DNA of 63,979 nucleotides, counting the filler, from a bacterium (GTDB taxonomy: Bacteria > JBBIVP01), in NCBI GenBank assembly GCA_037439705.1. It is 8 parts of 8 records of this genome, joined end to end, with 100 filler letters (N's around TTAATTAATTAA, not from the genome) between each part and the next. Parts side by side here need not be neighbours in the genome. Positions count along the whole stretch, not along the records: positions 24,449 to 32,476 come from JBBIVP010000100.1; positions 32,577 to 40,395 come from JBBIVP010000102.1; 6 more parts are not named here. One strand, written 5' to 3'. The notes under the pieces are model-generated. The model ran no database searches. It saw nothing but the letters and a program-made list of their open reading frames with translations, and was not told where the DNA came from. Both the position numbers and the translations under genes were made by a program. Shown one piece after another: positions 28,676-38,399 of the stretch (position 1 is its first letter; each line of letters begins with the position of its first letter).

Positions 28676-31327
28676 GTGATGAAGAAGGTAACGAGGCGTG
28701 ATTTCTTAAAACTCGCTGGGGTTCTTGCTTCTGCTTCAGTTATAAATGTAGACCTTTTTGCGGAAGCATTTAGAAAAGAGAAAAACGCTCTTGAAACATC
28801 GGTAGAGTATTTCAAATCCACCTGTAAGATGTGTGTAAACTTCTGTGGAATAAATGTTAAAACAGAAAACGGTGTGCTCCGTGCAATCTATCCTGATGAA
28901 GCGAGAAGGGATTATTACAACATTGGAAACTGTCCAAAGGGAATTTCCGGGATATGGAATACCTACAATCCATACAGGGTGAAAGTGCCTTTGAAAAGAA
29001 GAAATCCTAATAAGGGTATAAATGAAGACCCTCAGTGGGAGGAGATTTCCTGGGAGGAAGCGCTCAAAGAGGTTGCGGGGAGAATTGCCCAAATCAAAAG
29101 TGATGACCCAAGAAAGATAATATGGTATCACGGGCACGGTAAGTATCTCCTACATGATGGGTGGATGAAGGCGTTCGCAAGTGCAATAGGAACCCCAAAT
29201 GTGGTTCACAGAACAACAGTATGTGAGGGTGCAAAACATGTTGCTGACGAAATCACATGGGGATATCACGAGTTCCTTCCTGACCTTGAATACACGAACT
29301 ACCTCAAAAATATGGGAGGGAATTACGCCGAGGCAGATCAGTGGGCGAGATGGCTTGACCACGCAACACTTGATGCAAAGGAGAGGGGTATGAAACTCGT
29401 TGTGGTAGAGCCGAGATTGAGCAACATCGGGGCAAAGGCAGATGAGTGGGTCCCAATTCGCCCTGGAAAGGATGTTCTATTTCTTCTTGCAATGGCAAGG
29501 GTTCTCATTGACGAAGGATACATAGATAAAAATTTTCTCATCACATACACAAACGCACCTTATCTTATAAAAGGGGATGGAACTTTAGCAAAAGATAACA
29601 GTGGAAATCCTCTTGTCTGGGACATAGATATCAATGGACCGGTTCCTTACGACAATGCGACGAATATAGCCCTTGAAGGTTCCTTCAACGATACTGTTTA
29701 CGCTAACGGTGAAGTAAAAACTGCTTTTCAGGTATTCAAGGATTATCTAACAACCGAGAACATATCTCCGGAGGCTGTTGCTGAAGAGTGCGGGCTTTCA
29801 GCTGAACAGATAAGAAGAATTGCCATTGAGTTTGGGCAGTCTGCGAGCATAGGTTCAACAATAAACCTTGATGGAAAGACTCTAAGGTATCGCCCAGTTG
29901 CCATTTACACATTCAGAGGTCTTGTTGCTAAAGAATACGGCACTCAAACTTGGCGCGCAGGGCTTATAGTTATGATGCTCGTTGGAGCACTTGATGCGGT
30001 TGGTGGAGTTCTCCTTCATGAACCAGGAAAAAGTTCTGAATATATGAACCCTTCTTCCTGTGAGTATCCTCCTTCAAGAATTGACTTAAAGAAAAGCGCA
30101 TTCTTCCCACATGCCACCCACGATGTTGCACAGCAGGCACTCTTCACAGTTCCAGAACCCTCAAAATATGGCATTAATTATACGCCTGAGATGCAGATAT
30201 TTTTTGCAACCAATAGACCATTCTCAACCTCAAAAGCAGAGCTTCAACTTGAAGGCTTGAAGAATACATACAATGTCGCCATTGAAATATCAATGAGTGA
30301 GACCGCATGGTTTGCGGACATAGTTCTTCCAGATAAGACATACCTTGAAGCATACGGATATTACGGAGGAAGGTGGGTTCCACACGCAAGACACCACACG
30401 CTTCACTATCCGATAGTGAATACATACAACATTCCTTACCAGAACATTGAGATTTTGGTTGAACTTGCGAAAAGAGCAGGTTTTCTTACAGGTTCAGGCG
30501 GATTCCTTGATAAGATAAACGCTGAGTATAAATTTAGCAATCCTAATCTGGACATAAATAAAACCGATTACACCGCGGAGCAACTTATGGATGTCCTATG
30601 GAGGAACAAGACAGGACAGTCTATTGATGAAGGGAAGAAGAAGGGATTTGGTGGAGAGAAGTTTGTTACAGTAGACGAGCGTTATCTTAAGGGAGTTGAG
30701 GCCAAGTTTAAAGGCGCAGGCAAAGCGAAAATACACTTCTATTGTGATGAACTTGTTGGGACGAAGAATGTCCTTCTTACGAAGTTGAATAATGTCAAAG
30801 AGGTTTTCAAGGAGTGGTATGAAGTTACTGATGGGGAACTTAACTCACTCATTGAAACAAAGCTTTCACCCCTGCCAAGAAAGGACCACGCATATCCTGT
30901 TTCTTACAGGAAATCTACCAATTATCCTTATTACTTGATCACATTCAAAAGAATGTATAGAAATCAGAGCGGATACTGCAACATAAATCCAGTTCTAAAT
31001 CAGGTCGCTCACGATGCGGATACAAATCATATCTGGATAAATCCTGAAACAGCAAATGCTCTGAGTATAAAAGACGGCGATGCGGTGATAATTGAATCAA
31101 GGGTTGGAGAGCTTGAAGGAATAGCAAAGCTTACAGAAGGCATAAGACCTGACACGGTTGCTGTATCATACCACTATGGACAGTGGAGCGGAGGATATCC
31201 TGACTGGGCAAAGAAAGGAACATGGATAAATAAAATTTTGGAATACCATCCTGACATGCTTTCAGGGATGAACAGCTTTAACGATACAAAGGTGATTATA
31301 AGAAAGAAACAAGGAGGTGAAGAATGA
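28676..31327 (+). CDS. Tat-exported Mo/W-bis-MGD oxidoreductase catalytic subunit (ArrA/ArxA/PadB/AnrA-related)
   Basis: TRRDFLK Tat signal; CKMCVNFC...CPKG FS0; PLKRRNPNKG..EDPQWEEISW; probable Mo ligand in HRTTVCEG; ADIVLPD..YLE; WINPETA C-terminal domain. Confidence 0.92.
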   Translation: MMKKVTRRDFLKLAGVLASASVINVDLFAEAFRKEKNALETSVEYFKSTCKMCVNFCGINVKTENGVLRAIYPDEARRDYYNIGNCPKGISGIWNTYNPYRVKVPLKRRNPNKGINEDPQWEEISWEEALKEVAGRIAQIKSDDPRKIIWYHGHGKYLLHDGWMKAFASAIGTPNVVHRTTVCEGAKHVADEITWGYHEFLPDLEYTNYLKNMGGNYAEADQWARWLDHATLDAKERGMKLVVVEPRLSNIGAKADEWVPIRPGKDVLFLLAMARVLIDEGYIDKNFLITYTNAPYLIKGDGTLAKDNSGNPLVWDIDINGPVPYDNATNIALEGSFNDTVYANGEVKTAFQVFKDYLTTENISPEAVAEECGLSAEQIRRIAIEFGQSASIGSTINLDGKTLRYRPVAIYTFRGLVAKEYGTQTWRAGLIVMMLVGALDAVGGVLLHEPGKSSEYMNPSSCEYPPSRIDLKKSAFFPHATHDVAQQALFTVPEPSKYGINYTPEMQIFFATNRPFSTSKAELQLEGLKNTYNVAIEISMSETAWFADIVLPDKTYLEAYGYYGGRWVPHARHHTLHYPIVNTYNIPYQNIEILVELAKRAGFLTGSGGFLDKINAEYKFSNPNLDINKTDYTAEQLMDVLWRNKTGQSIDEGKKKGFGGEKFVTVDERYLKGVEAKFKGAGKAKIHFYCDELVGTKNVLLTKLNNVKEVFKEWYEVTDGELNSLIETKLSPLPRKDHAYPVSYRKSTNYPYYLITFKRMYRNQSGYCNINPVLNQVAHDADTNHIWINPETANALSIKDGDAVIIESRVGELEGIAKLTEGIRPDTVAVSYHYGQWSGGYPDWAKKGTWINKILEYHPDMLSGMNSFNDTKVIIRKKQGGEE

Positions 31328-32004
31328 GACTTGGCAGATTTATTGATACTGAAAGATGCATAGGATGCAGGGCATGTGTTGCTGCCTGTATGAACGAGAA
31401 TTTCTACATTCCGGGTAATCCGTGGATTTTCGTCATTGAGGAAGAGATTGGAAAATTTCCCTATGTGAAAAGGAGATTTGTGCCAATGAACTGTATGCAC
31501 TGCGATGAGCCAGCCTGTAAGAAGGCGTGCGATTATGTAGGGGCGTTCGCTATATCAAAAAATGAGCAGGGCGTTGTTATCATTGATTATGAGAAATGCA
31601 TGGGGTGCAGGTATTGTGTTACCTCTTGTCCTTACGGAGTTCTTCAGTATATTGAAGAATTAAATACACTTTTCTCCGAGAAAACTCCTTACGATGAGAT
31701 ACCCTATGAAAACAGACATCCCGTCCACAGGAAGAAAATAAATACTGTGGAGAAGTGCACATTCTGCTGGCACAGAATAGAAAAAGCTGTTAAGGATGGA
31801 AAGACAAGCGAGATTGGAGTGAATCCTGAATACACACCTGCCTGCGACATTGTATGCCCTGTCGGTGCGAGGGTATTTGGTGACCTTGATGACCCTAATA
31901 GCGAGGTCTCTAAGAGAATATTAAGTAAGTCAGCGAAGCGTATAAAGAAACATTTCGGGACAAAGCCAAAGATTTACTACACAATTGTTGAAGGAGGTGA
32001 GTGA
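31324..32004 (+). CDS. 4x[4Fe-4S] electron-transfer subunit (DmsB/NrfC/ArrB family)
   Basis: CIGCRAC..AC, CMHC.EPAC..AC, CMGCRYC..SCP, KCTFC..PAC..VCP. Confidence 0.95.
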   Translation: MRLGRFIDTERCIGCRACVAACMNENFYIPGNPWIFVIEEEIGKFPYVKRRFVPMNCMHCDEPACKKACDYVGAFAISKNEQGVVIIDYEKCMGCRYCVTSCPYGVLQYIEELNTLFSEKTPYDEIPYENRHPVHRKKINTVEKCTFCWHRIEKAVKDGKTSEIGVNPEYTPACDIVCPVGARVFGDLDDPNSEVSKRILSKSAKRIKKHFGTKPKIYYTIVEGGE

Positions 32005-32309
32005 TGAAAAAACTAACAGGTATAATTATTTCATCCGTATTATTCATCTTTGCAGGATGCGGTAAGGAGAAAAAAATTTACTCCATTGAAACCTATCATA
32101 AAATTCATGTAGAGAAGCTCAATATTGAGTGCGGAACCTGTCATGCAAGTGAAAAGTATGCAAGCGGAGAATATTACCTTAACAAATACGAAATAGAAAA
32201 TGATGTTGCTCTTAAAAAAATTCCAGGGGTCATTGACAAAAACGCATGCATAGGTTGCCATAGAGGCGGTAGCATTGGCCCCGAATTTTATGGAAAGGTT
32301 TGGGAGTGA
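32001..32309 (+). CDS. Small diheme c-type cytochrome lipoprotein
   Basis: Lipobox FAGC; HKIH; CGTCH and CIGCH. Confidence 0.88.
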   Translation: MMKKLTGIIISSVLFIFAGCGKEKKIYSIETYHKIHVEKLNIECGTCHASEKYASGEYYLNKYEIENDVALKKIPGVIDKNACIGCHRGGSIGPEFYGKVWE

Positions 32310-32476
32310 ATTCCCTTCTTCATCAAAAGTTAGCAGAGGAGAGAAGCAAGATATACTGGTTTCTCGCTGATTTCTACAACATAAAGCCGGATTATGAGTT
32401 TCTCAATGAATTGAAATCCTCTCTTAATAATGTGAAAGGTATAGAAGACTTTGAAGAGCTCTATAAATTAAAACTC
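32306..32476 (+). CDS. TorD/DmsD-family chaperone (3' truncated)
   Basis: ERSKIYWFLADFYNIKPDYEFL matches the TorD N-terminal pattern; position in the Mo-enzyme operon. Confidence 0.7.
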
Positions 32477-32576
32477 NNNNNNNNNNNNNNNNNNNNNNNN
32501 NNNNNNNNNNNNNNNNNNNNTTAATTAATTAANNNNNNNNNNNNNNNNNNNNNNNNNNNNNNNNNNNNNNNNNNNN
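32477..32576. other. Artificial contig linker
   Basis: N-TTAATTAATTAA-N, 100 nt. Confidence 0.99.
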
Positions 32577-32728
32577 GAGATTGAACAGATTGCTGACTCT
32601 GTAAGTTTACCCTCAATATACAAAGCCTCAGAATCCTTTATTTTCAGCCCCACCCTGTTCATTGAACAGGAAAGGATTACGGGCAGATAGAATATAATTT
32701 TAGGATACTTGATGGACCGTATTTCCAT
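32577..32728 (-). CDS. Probable lipoprotein, N-terminal fragment
   Basis: MEIRSIKYPKIIFYLPVILSC lipobox-like sequence; runs off the contig. Confidence 0.45.
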
Positions 32729-34506
32729 GGGTCCTTCACACTTACATAGAGGGCGGTGAATTTTTCTTTTTCCAGAGCCTTTTGTACAGTAAAGGTAAAA
32801 TTGCATGAGCGGGAAAATCCGCAAATAAGTATGTGTTTTGAAAAATTTACATCTGACCTGCCAGAAAATTGATAGGGAACTTTATTTCCGTCTACATAAA
32901 TTGTATTGGAAATTGTGCTATTTCCATGGATAAATTCAAAAATTAATGGGTCTCCATCAGGATCAGAAGCTGATACAGGAAGGGAATAATCTGCAGGAGG
33001 TCTTCCCAACATCAACAAAATTTCTTCATCAGGATTAAAGTACTCACAGTTTGAATGAGTAAAAAGAAGTTGAGATGGAATTGTAAGAGAAGAAGGAGGA
33101 AGATTTATAATCGTAATTTTAAAAACCTCAGCACTGCAGGAATTGGTTCCACTCAGGCAGGCTGTAAATTTAAAAGTATAATCGCCAAGTAAAGAAGGTT
33201 TTGATGTTGATATTGTGATTTTGAAAGGAATCTGGACGGAGGCTCCTGTTTCTATTGACACATTTCCCATGGATGGGTTTATTACAGGAGTAGGAGCCTC
33301 TTGTGAAGGAGTTGATTCCAGATTAACCTTCCAGTCCACAGATACAGAATTTGTATAAACATTTTTCAAGTCTGCTGCATGAGAAATATATAATGTCCCC
33401 TTCTCCCTATCCTCAGCGTAGTATATTCCGTCTTTAAATCTATGATTAACAATTTTATCATCAATTCTTATTGATGGGGGAGGTATACCCTTTCTTTCAA
33501 TATAGACATATCTTGTGATAACGCTATATACATCCGAGATTTCAATTTTTATCAAATAAGTCCCTTCACCATCCTGGGAAATCCCTGAAAGAAAAGAAAC
33601 CTGGTCAGGAGGGTCAGGACAGTAATAAAAAACTCCTTTGCCAAAAGAAGGACACAAAAATCCATGCCCTTGAGGGAATGCCCCTCTTCTGTGGGTATAT
33701 GTAAATGACCAGTTGTAAGAAAGAAGGTCATTATCATCATCGGAGATATAAGAGTTTTTAAATTCAACCGTCTGGTTGTCATCAATCGGAAGGCTCATTC
33801 CTGAATAAGGAGTATTGAGAACAAGTCCCTCAATTCTTGCTTTTGGTGGTCTGTTCAGAACATAAAAACTAACAGAATCAGTTCCACTTTCTCCATATCT
33901 GTTTGAGACCTTCAAAGTAGCAGAATATATTCCATGAGGAACATCGGGTATAAACCGGAAAACAGGAGATGTAGCATCAATCACAAATCCGGTGGATGAG
34001 GCTGGCATTTCCTTTAACTCCCATACATAATTTAAGTTTTCTCCTTCAGGATTAAAACTTAAAACTCCACTGGCTGATGCCTCTTCACCGAGCGTAACAT
34101 CTACTTCCTTTTCATCAATCACGGCAACCGGAAGCAGAAGAACATTTCTGACCGATATCCTCACGATTACCTCGTTTGATTCCTCAATTCCATCAGATAC
34201 CCTGAAAGAGATTCTGTATTCACCGGGAACATCTGTAAAAAAAACTGCAATTGGCTCTGAGGAATTTCCGAGGATAGCTTTTGAATCCTGCGGGGTTTCA
34301 ACAATTTTCCACAAGTAAAAAATTCTGTCTCCATCTGGGTCATACGAGGCGGTTCCATCAAGATATATGAATTCACCTGCGTTTCCAGAAATTTCATCTT
34401 CGGTAATTGCCACAGGAGGAGTATTCATAGGAATCTCTTTCTTTTCGCCTGAACAGGAAAGGAGCAAAAACATAAATAGGAAGAACCTTTTCATTTTAAC
34501 CTTCAT
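32677..34506 (-). CDS. Lipoprotein with tandem PKD/Ig-like domains
   Basis: Lipobox LLSC; NTPPVA..LDGTASYDPDGD..YLW, GEYRISFRVSDG, NRPPKA, ASDPDGDPL. Confidence 0.8.
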   Translation of the reverse strand: MKVKMKRFFLFMFLLLSCSGEKKEIPMNTPPVAITEDEISGNAGEFIYLDGTASYDPDGDRIFYLWKIVETPQDSKAILGNSSEPIAVFFTDVPGEYRISFRVSDGIEESNEVIVRISVRNVLLLPVAVIDEKEVDVTLGEEASASGVLSFNPEGENLNYVWELKEMPASSTGFVIDATSPVFRFIPDVPHGIYSATLKVSNRYGESGTDSVSFYVLNRPPKARIEGLVLNTPYSGMSLPIDDNQTVEFKNSYISDDDNDLLSYNWSFTYTHRRGAFPQGHGFLCPSFGKGVFYYCPDPPDQVSFLSGISQDGEGTYLIKIEISDVYSVITRYVYIERKGIPPPSIRIDDKIVNHRFKDGIYYAEDREKGTLYISHAADLKNVYTNSVSVDWKVNLESTPSQEAPTPVINPSMGNVSIETGASVQIPFKITISTSKPSLLGDYTFKFTACLSGTNSCSAEVFKITIINLPPSSLTIPSQLLFTHSNCEYFNPDEEILLMLGRPPADYSLPVSASDPDGDPLIFEFIHGNSTISNTIYVDGNKVPYQFSGRSDVNFSKHILICGFSRSCNFTFTVQKALEKEKFTALYVSVKDPWKYGPSSILKLYSICP

Positions 34507-35660
34507 TTTTTCATATAAATATAAAAACCTGTTTTCGAAACAATTATGTAAATTCCCCTCGTAGAGTAGATTTTATTTGGAGAGGATTCAATTTCCTTTA
34601 TGTGAATTGTTTTCAAATCGGGAAGTATAAGCACATCTCCCTCATCATTAACAATCATCCCGTTCTTGCCATCCCCTGCTCCGTTCGTTCCGTTGAAAAC
34701 TCCTGAAGAATTCAGTTTTCTTTCTTCAATGTTCAGTTCCAGGATTTCTCCTGTATCCTTCTTTATAAAAAAAATCCTGTTTTCTACAAAAACTCCGGTT
34801 GATACATCTCCAACTGAATCGGAGATGAAAAAGCTTTCAAAATCCATTTTAGCGTTCCTCCAGACCTCCGGTTCTCCATCGCCTGCTATGAGAAAATCGT
34901 TGTTTTGAAGAGGAATGGCAATGTGTCCGGCTCTCGGCGAATTCATGCTTTTCCATTTTTTCAGCTCTCCATCTTTGAAAAGATAGGATTCGGCGGTCTT
35001 TTTGCCGTCTGAAATTCCTCCTGCTATAACTGCATATTTTTCCGCAGAAAAAATAGCATATTTTTCAAGCCCTTCAATTTCGTATTCCCTCTGTTCTCCA
35101 CCTTTCAAAAAGAGTAAATTGCCTTTTCCCCCGACCAAAATTCCATCTGATACAAAGGCACACCCGTGACTGTCTTCAATTCTATCATATATCTTCTTTA
35201 TTTTGAAAGAAAGAAGGTCTATTAAAAACACACCGTTATTTCCAATTACTACAAATTTATTTTTGGCACCGCATATCTGTAAAGGGACAATCTCTGGAAA
35301 TTCCTGAATTTTTACAAACTCGTCATTAATGCCCAGGGGAATATAAATTTCTTCCTTCGCTTCCTGTGGATAAAATGGAGCGGAAAGTCCAAAAAATATA
35401 GAATCTGAACCTTTTATTCCTTCCACACTTATGGAGATTTCTTCATTCCATTTACCTTTGAACTCAAAATAATTGCCTTCTGTGATTGAATGTGAAAAGC
35501 TCTCGCTTTCAGAATCCGTTAAAACCTCAACCCTTAACATATCAGCAGAATTTATGTTTATCTTGTAAGAAACCGGTTTGAGATGAAGAAAAATTTTTTT
35601 CTCATCCATTCCGCAGCCAGAAATAATTGCAATCAATCCTGCTATAAAAACCCTTCTCAT
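34503..35660 (-). CDS. Lipoprotein with a Kelch-like beta-propeller
   Basis: Lipobox ISGC; VIAGG..SMNSPRAGHIAIPL..FLIAG. Confidence 0.7.
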   Translation of the reverse strand: MRRVFIAGLIAIISGCGMDEKKIFLHLKPVSYKININSADMLRVEVLTDSESESFSHSITEGNYFEFKGKWNEEISISVEGIKGSDSIFFGLSAPFYPQEAKEEIYIPLGINDEFVKIQEFPEIVPLQICGAKNKFVVIGNNGVFLIDLLSFKIKKIYDRIEDSHGCAFVSDGILVGGKGNLLFLKGGEQREYEIEGLEKYAIFSAEKYAVIAGGISDGKKTAESYLFKDGELKKWKSMNSPRAGHIAIPLQNNDFLIAGDGEPEVWRNAKMDFESFFISDSVGDVSTGVFVENRIFFIKKDTGEILELNIEERKLNSSGVFNGTNGAGDGKNGMIVNDEGDVLILPDLKTIHIKEIESSPNKIYSTRGIYIIVSKTGFYIYMKK

Positions 35661-37297
35661 TTTATTACCACGCTGAAATCATCGTATGCACTTGCGCCAT
35701 GCTCATCAGTAACAATTGCTCTTATGAGATAAATTCCTTTTTTCTTATTTCCATACCCTGCGAAAAACGCAGTCTTTTCAGCATAAGGTTGGGTAAAAAA
35801 TGAAACTGTTCCTTCAGGAGAGTAAAGGATTGACCACCTGTATGAAAGTATATCACCATCTGCATCATATCCCCTTCCTTTTATTATGGTATATTGAAAA
35901 AGGTCGTCGTTAAGAAAAATAGAATGGTCTGGAATGTGAATGGAAGGGATGGAATTTGGAATTGTAAAAACAACATATTCCCACTTTTCAGAAAGGAATG
36001 GATAATTCGGGTCTTCACCTTTTATTGAACATTTTATTTTGCCCTTTTCTGACGGTTCGTTCATATTCCTTATCCTCCCTCTTATCTCAATTTTTGCTGT
36101 TATTGGGTTTGAAAAGCTCTCTATCCATCCTTCAGCAGGAGTTAAAAATGAGCAAGTAACATCCACTGGAAAATCTGAAACCTCAAATTTGTATTTAACA
36201 GATGAATCGGAACCATTCCAGGAGCCTTTTTCTAACCCACATTGGGCATCAAGTTCTGCAATCCATGAATTTCCATTTAAGATAAGGTCATAAGATGTAG
36301 AAAGGAAAGAAATAACTGGGGGTGATGGCTTTCCTACGGAAATGTTAACCCATTGATTAACAATGCTTTCTCCATCTGACACCTTAAGTAAGAAGAGATA
36401 ATATCCATCTGTTGAACCGGTAAGAAAAAACCTCTGCGTGCAGGCATTTGAAATGGACGGGTTTACATTAGCGTTTGATGACTTTTCCTCAAGTTTCCAG
36501 GTGCATGTGATACTGTCTCCATCCGGGTCGGTGATCTCTCCTGCAGAGAGTTCAAAGGAACTGGCACCTGACGGAAGTGTGATATCCTCAAGATAGGAAA
36601 GCACTGGAGGAGAATTGGGAACAACCGCTGTTATCTCAAAAGGAGCGGATGAGAATCTTCCATCTGAAACTGTAAGAATAAATCTGTAAAGTGTGCCCCG
36701 GGGACATTCAACAGGAATGACGGGATTTGGAACAGGAGGAAGTTCTGTATAACTCTGGCAGGAAGGAGGATTGATTAAGTCCCATTTATAAATCAGCGGC
36801 TTTCCATCCGGCTCGTAAGACCCTTCAGCAGAAAGTTGTAAAACTCCGCCGGTTCCCTCTGCCACAGAGAACGCTTGAGCTACAGGAATTTCTCCTTTGC
36901 CTTCAACTGTGACGGTCACATAATCCGGCATACTCTTTAAAATTCCGTCAGACACTGTGAGTTCAAATTCGTATTCTCCAGGGGTTTCAGCCATAAAGAG
37001 TGGTTCAGGTGTTTTAGTATCAAAAAAGTGATAAATCGCTTCATCGGGGGACCTTTTTAAAGACCACACAAATTCAAGAACCTCTCCATTCGGGTCGGAT
37101 GAAGATTTACCATCAAGACGAATCCAGTCATACAGCTCAATTTTTCTGTTCTCTCCAGCTTCAGCCACAGGTGCTGAGTTTTTCTCACTTCCTTCTCCTA
37201 CCTTTTCCCCTCCACATGATAAAGCGAAAATCAAAAATAAAGGGGAGACCCAATAAAGAAAATTAATAAAAATTCCTGAAAGAAATCCTTTCATCAC
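35657..37297 (-). CDS. Lipoprotein with tandem PKD/Ig-like domains
   Basis: Lipobox ALSC; NSAPVAEAG..LDGKSSSDPNG, GEYEFELTVSDG, DPDGD, YDADGDILSYRW. Confidence 0.82.
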   Translation of the reverse strand: MMKGFLSGIFINFLYWVSPLFLIFALSCGGEKVGEGSEKNSAPVAEAGENRKIELYDWIRLDGKSSSDPNGEVLEFVWSLKRSPDEAIYHFFDTKTPEPLFMAETPGEYEFELTVSDGILKSMPDYVTVTVEGKGEIPVAQAFSVAEGTGGVLQLSAEGSYEPDGKPLIYKWDLINPPSCQSYTELPPVPNPVIPVECPRGTLYRFILTVSDGRFSSAPFEITAVVPNSPPVLSYLEDITLPSGASSFELSAGEITDPDGDSITCTWKLEEKSSNANVNPSISNACTQRFFLTGSTDGYYLFLLKVSDGESIVNQWVNISVGKPSPPVISFLSTSYDLILNGNSWIAELDAQCGLEKGSWNGSDSSVKYKFEVSDFPVDVTCSFLTPAEGWIESFSNPITAKIEIRGRIRNMNEPSEKGKIKCSIKGEDPNYPFLSEKWEYVVFTIPNSIPSIHIPDHSIFLNDDLFQYTIIKGRGYDADGDILSYRWSILYSPEGTVSFFTQPYAEKTAFFAGYGNKKKGIYLIRAIVTDEHGASAYDDFSVVIK

Positions 37298-37304
37298 TGA
37301 CCTT

Positions 37305-38399
37305 CTACCATGTAATTAAAAATCTAAAACCCTTCTCTTGATTTCTCGTTCCAAGATAAATTCCGATTCCGCTCCCGATTACCAGAACTCCAAGTCCTGC
37401 CCAGAGATACCACCTTGAACTCTCCTTTTCCTCCTTCACCTCAAGAAGTATCTTTTTTTCTTCAAACTTCTGCTTTTTTTCTTCAAAAATTGATGAAATA
37501 AAATGAGAAATGCTGGATGGAAAGTTTTCATCGCTAATTTTCATGGTTGAAAATGATGCTTTTTCTTCGGAGTAAAAAACGCCGATGATATCAGAAGTGG
37601 ATTCGGGATAGGAATAAAAAAACATGGAGGGAGATGGACATCTTCCTTTACAGGTATCCAGAAGTTCTTCAGCTTCCATCTCCCACCAGTTTTCCGGAAC
37701 GGAGATTTCTGCCTTTTCAAGAAGCACTGAAATATTTTCATTCTTTGAAATCTCTATAACCTCACTGAATTCTTTATATCCTGGAAGAAAGGCATTTATT
37801 AGATGCCTTCCCTCGGGCATCTTTTTTTCCATATATAGGGTCCTTCCCTTCTTCCTGCCATCTATATAAACAGTTGCTCCTTCGGGAAAGGTGTTAAAGG
37901 AAAACTCAAATTCCCTTATATCCTTTTTTGCCTTTAAAAACATCTCCATTGCAGAAGGGGGAAACACGGTTTCGGAAGGTTTGTAATCAGGTCTTATGGA
38001 TAGAAGATACTTGAAGGTTTTTAAAGCGGATTCATTTTTTCCGAGTGCCAGATAGCATATTCCGAGGATGGCAATAGGCTGTATTATGTTTTTAAAATCC
38101 TTGATAAAGACCATATTCCTTCTGAATATATCAAGTGCCCTTTCTATATCACGAATTGCTTTTTCAAACTCAACTGCTTCAAATGCATCCTTTCCAGATG
38201 AAAGAAGGAGTTTCATCTCTGTTATCTCGTTTTCAGGAACTTCTTCTCTTTTTTGAGTCTCTTCAACAAATTGATTTTCGCAGGTTTCTTTTATATATTC
38301 TGCAACTCTTCCAGCATTCTCCCCTTTATAGAAGAGATAAATCCTTCCGGGCGGAAGGAGGGCACAGCTCAAAAGAATCCTCCAAAAAATATCTTTCAT
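37305..38399 (-). CDS. TPR + PEGA domain protein with a C-terminal hydrophobic segment
   Basis: Helical TPR-like region; TFPEGATVYIDGRKKGRT..GRHLI..PGYKEF PEGA; WYLWAGLGVLVIG. Confidence 0.78.
   Translation of the reverse strand: MKDIFWRILLSCALLPPGRIYLFYKGENAGRVAEYIKETCENQFVEETQKREEVPENEITEMKLLLSSGKDAFEAVEFEKAIRDIERALDIFRRNMVFIKDFKNIIQPIAILGICYLALGKNESALKTFKYLLSIRPDYKPSETVFPPSAMEMFLKAKKDIREFEFSFNTFPEGATVYIDGRKKGRTLYMEKKMPEGRHLINAFLPGYKEFSEVIEISKNENISVLLEKAEISVPENWWEMEAEELLDTCKGRCPSPSMFFYSYPESTSDIIGVFYSEEKASFSTMKISDENFPSSISHFISSIFEEKKQKFEEKKILLEVKEEKESSRWYLWAGLGVLVIGSGIGIYLGTRNQEKGFRFLITW

Noticed and set aside
28676-31327. Direct call as arrA, arxA or aioA
   Set aside because: Diagnostic RGRY/GRGW motifs are absent and there is no Rieske subunit or AioA-type 3Fe-4S motif
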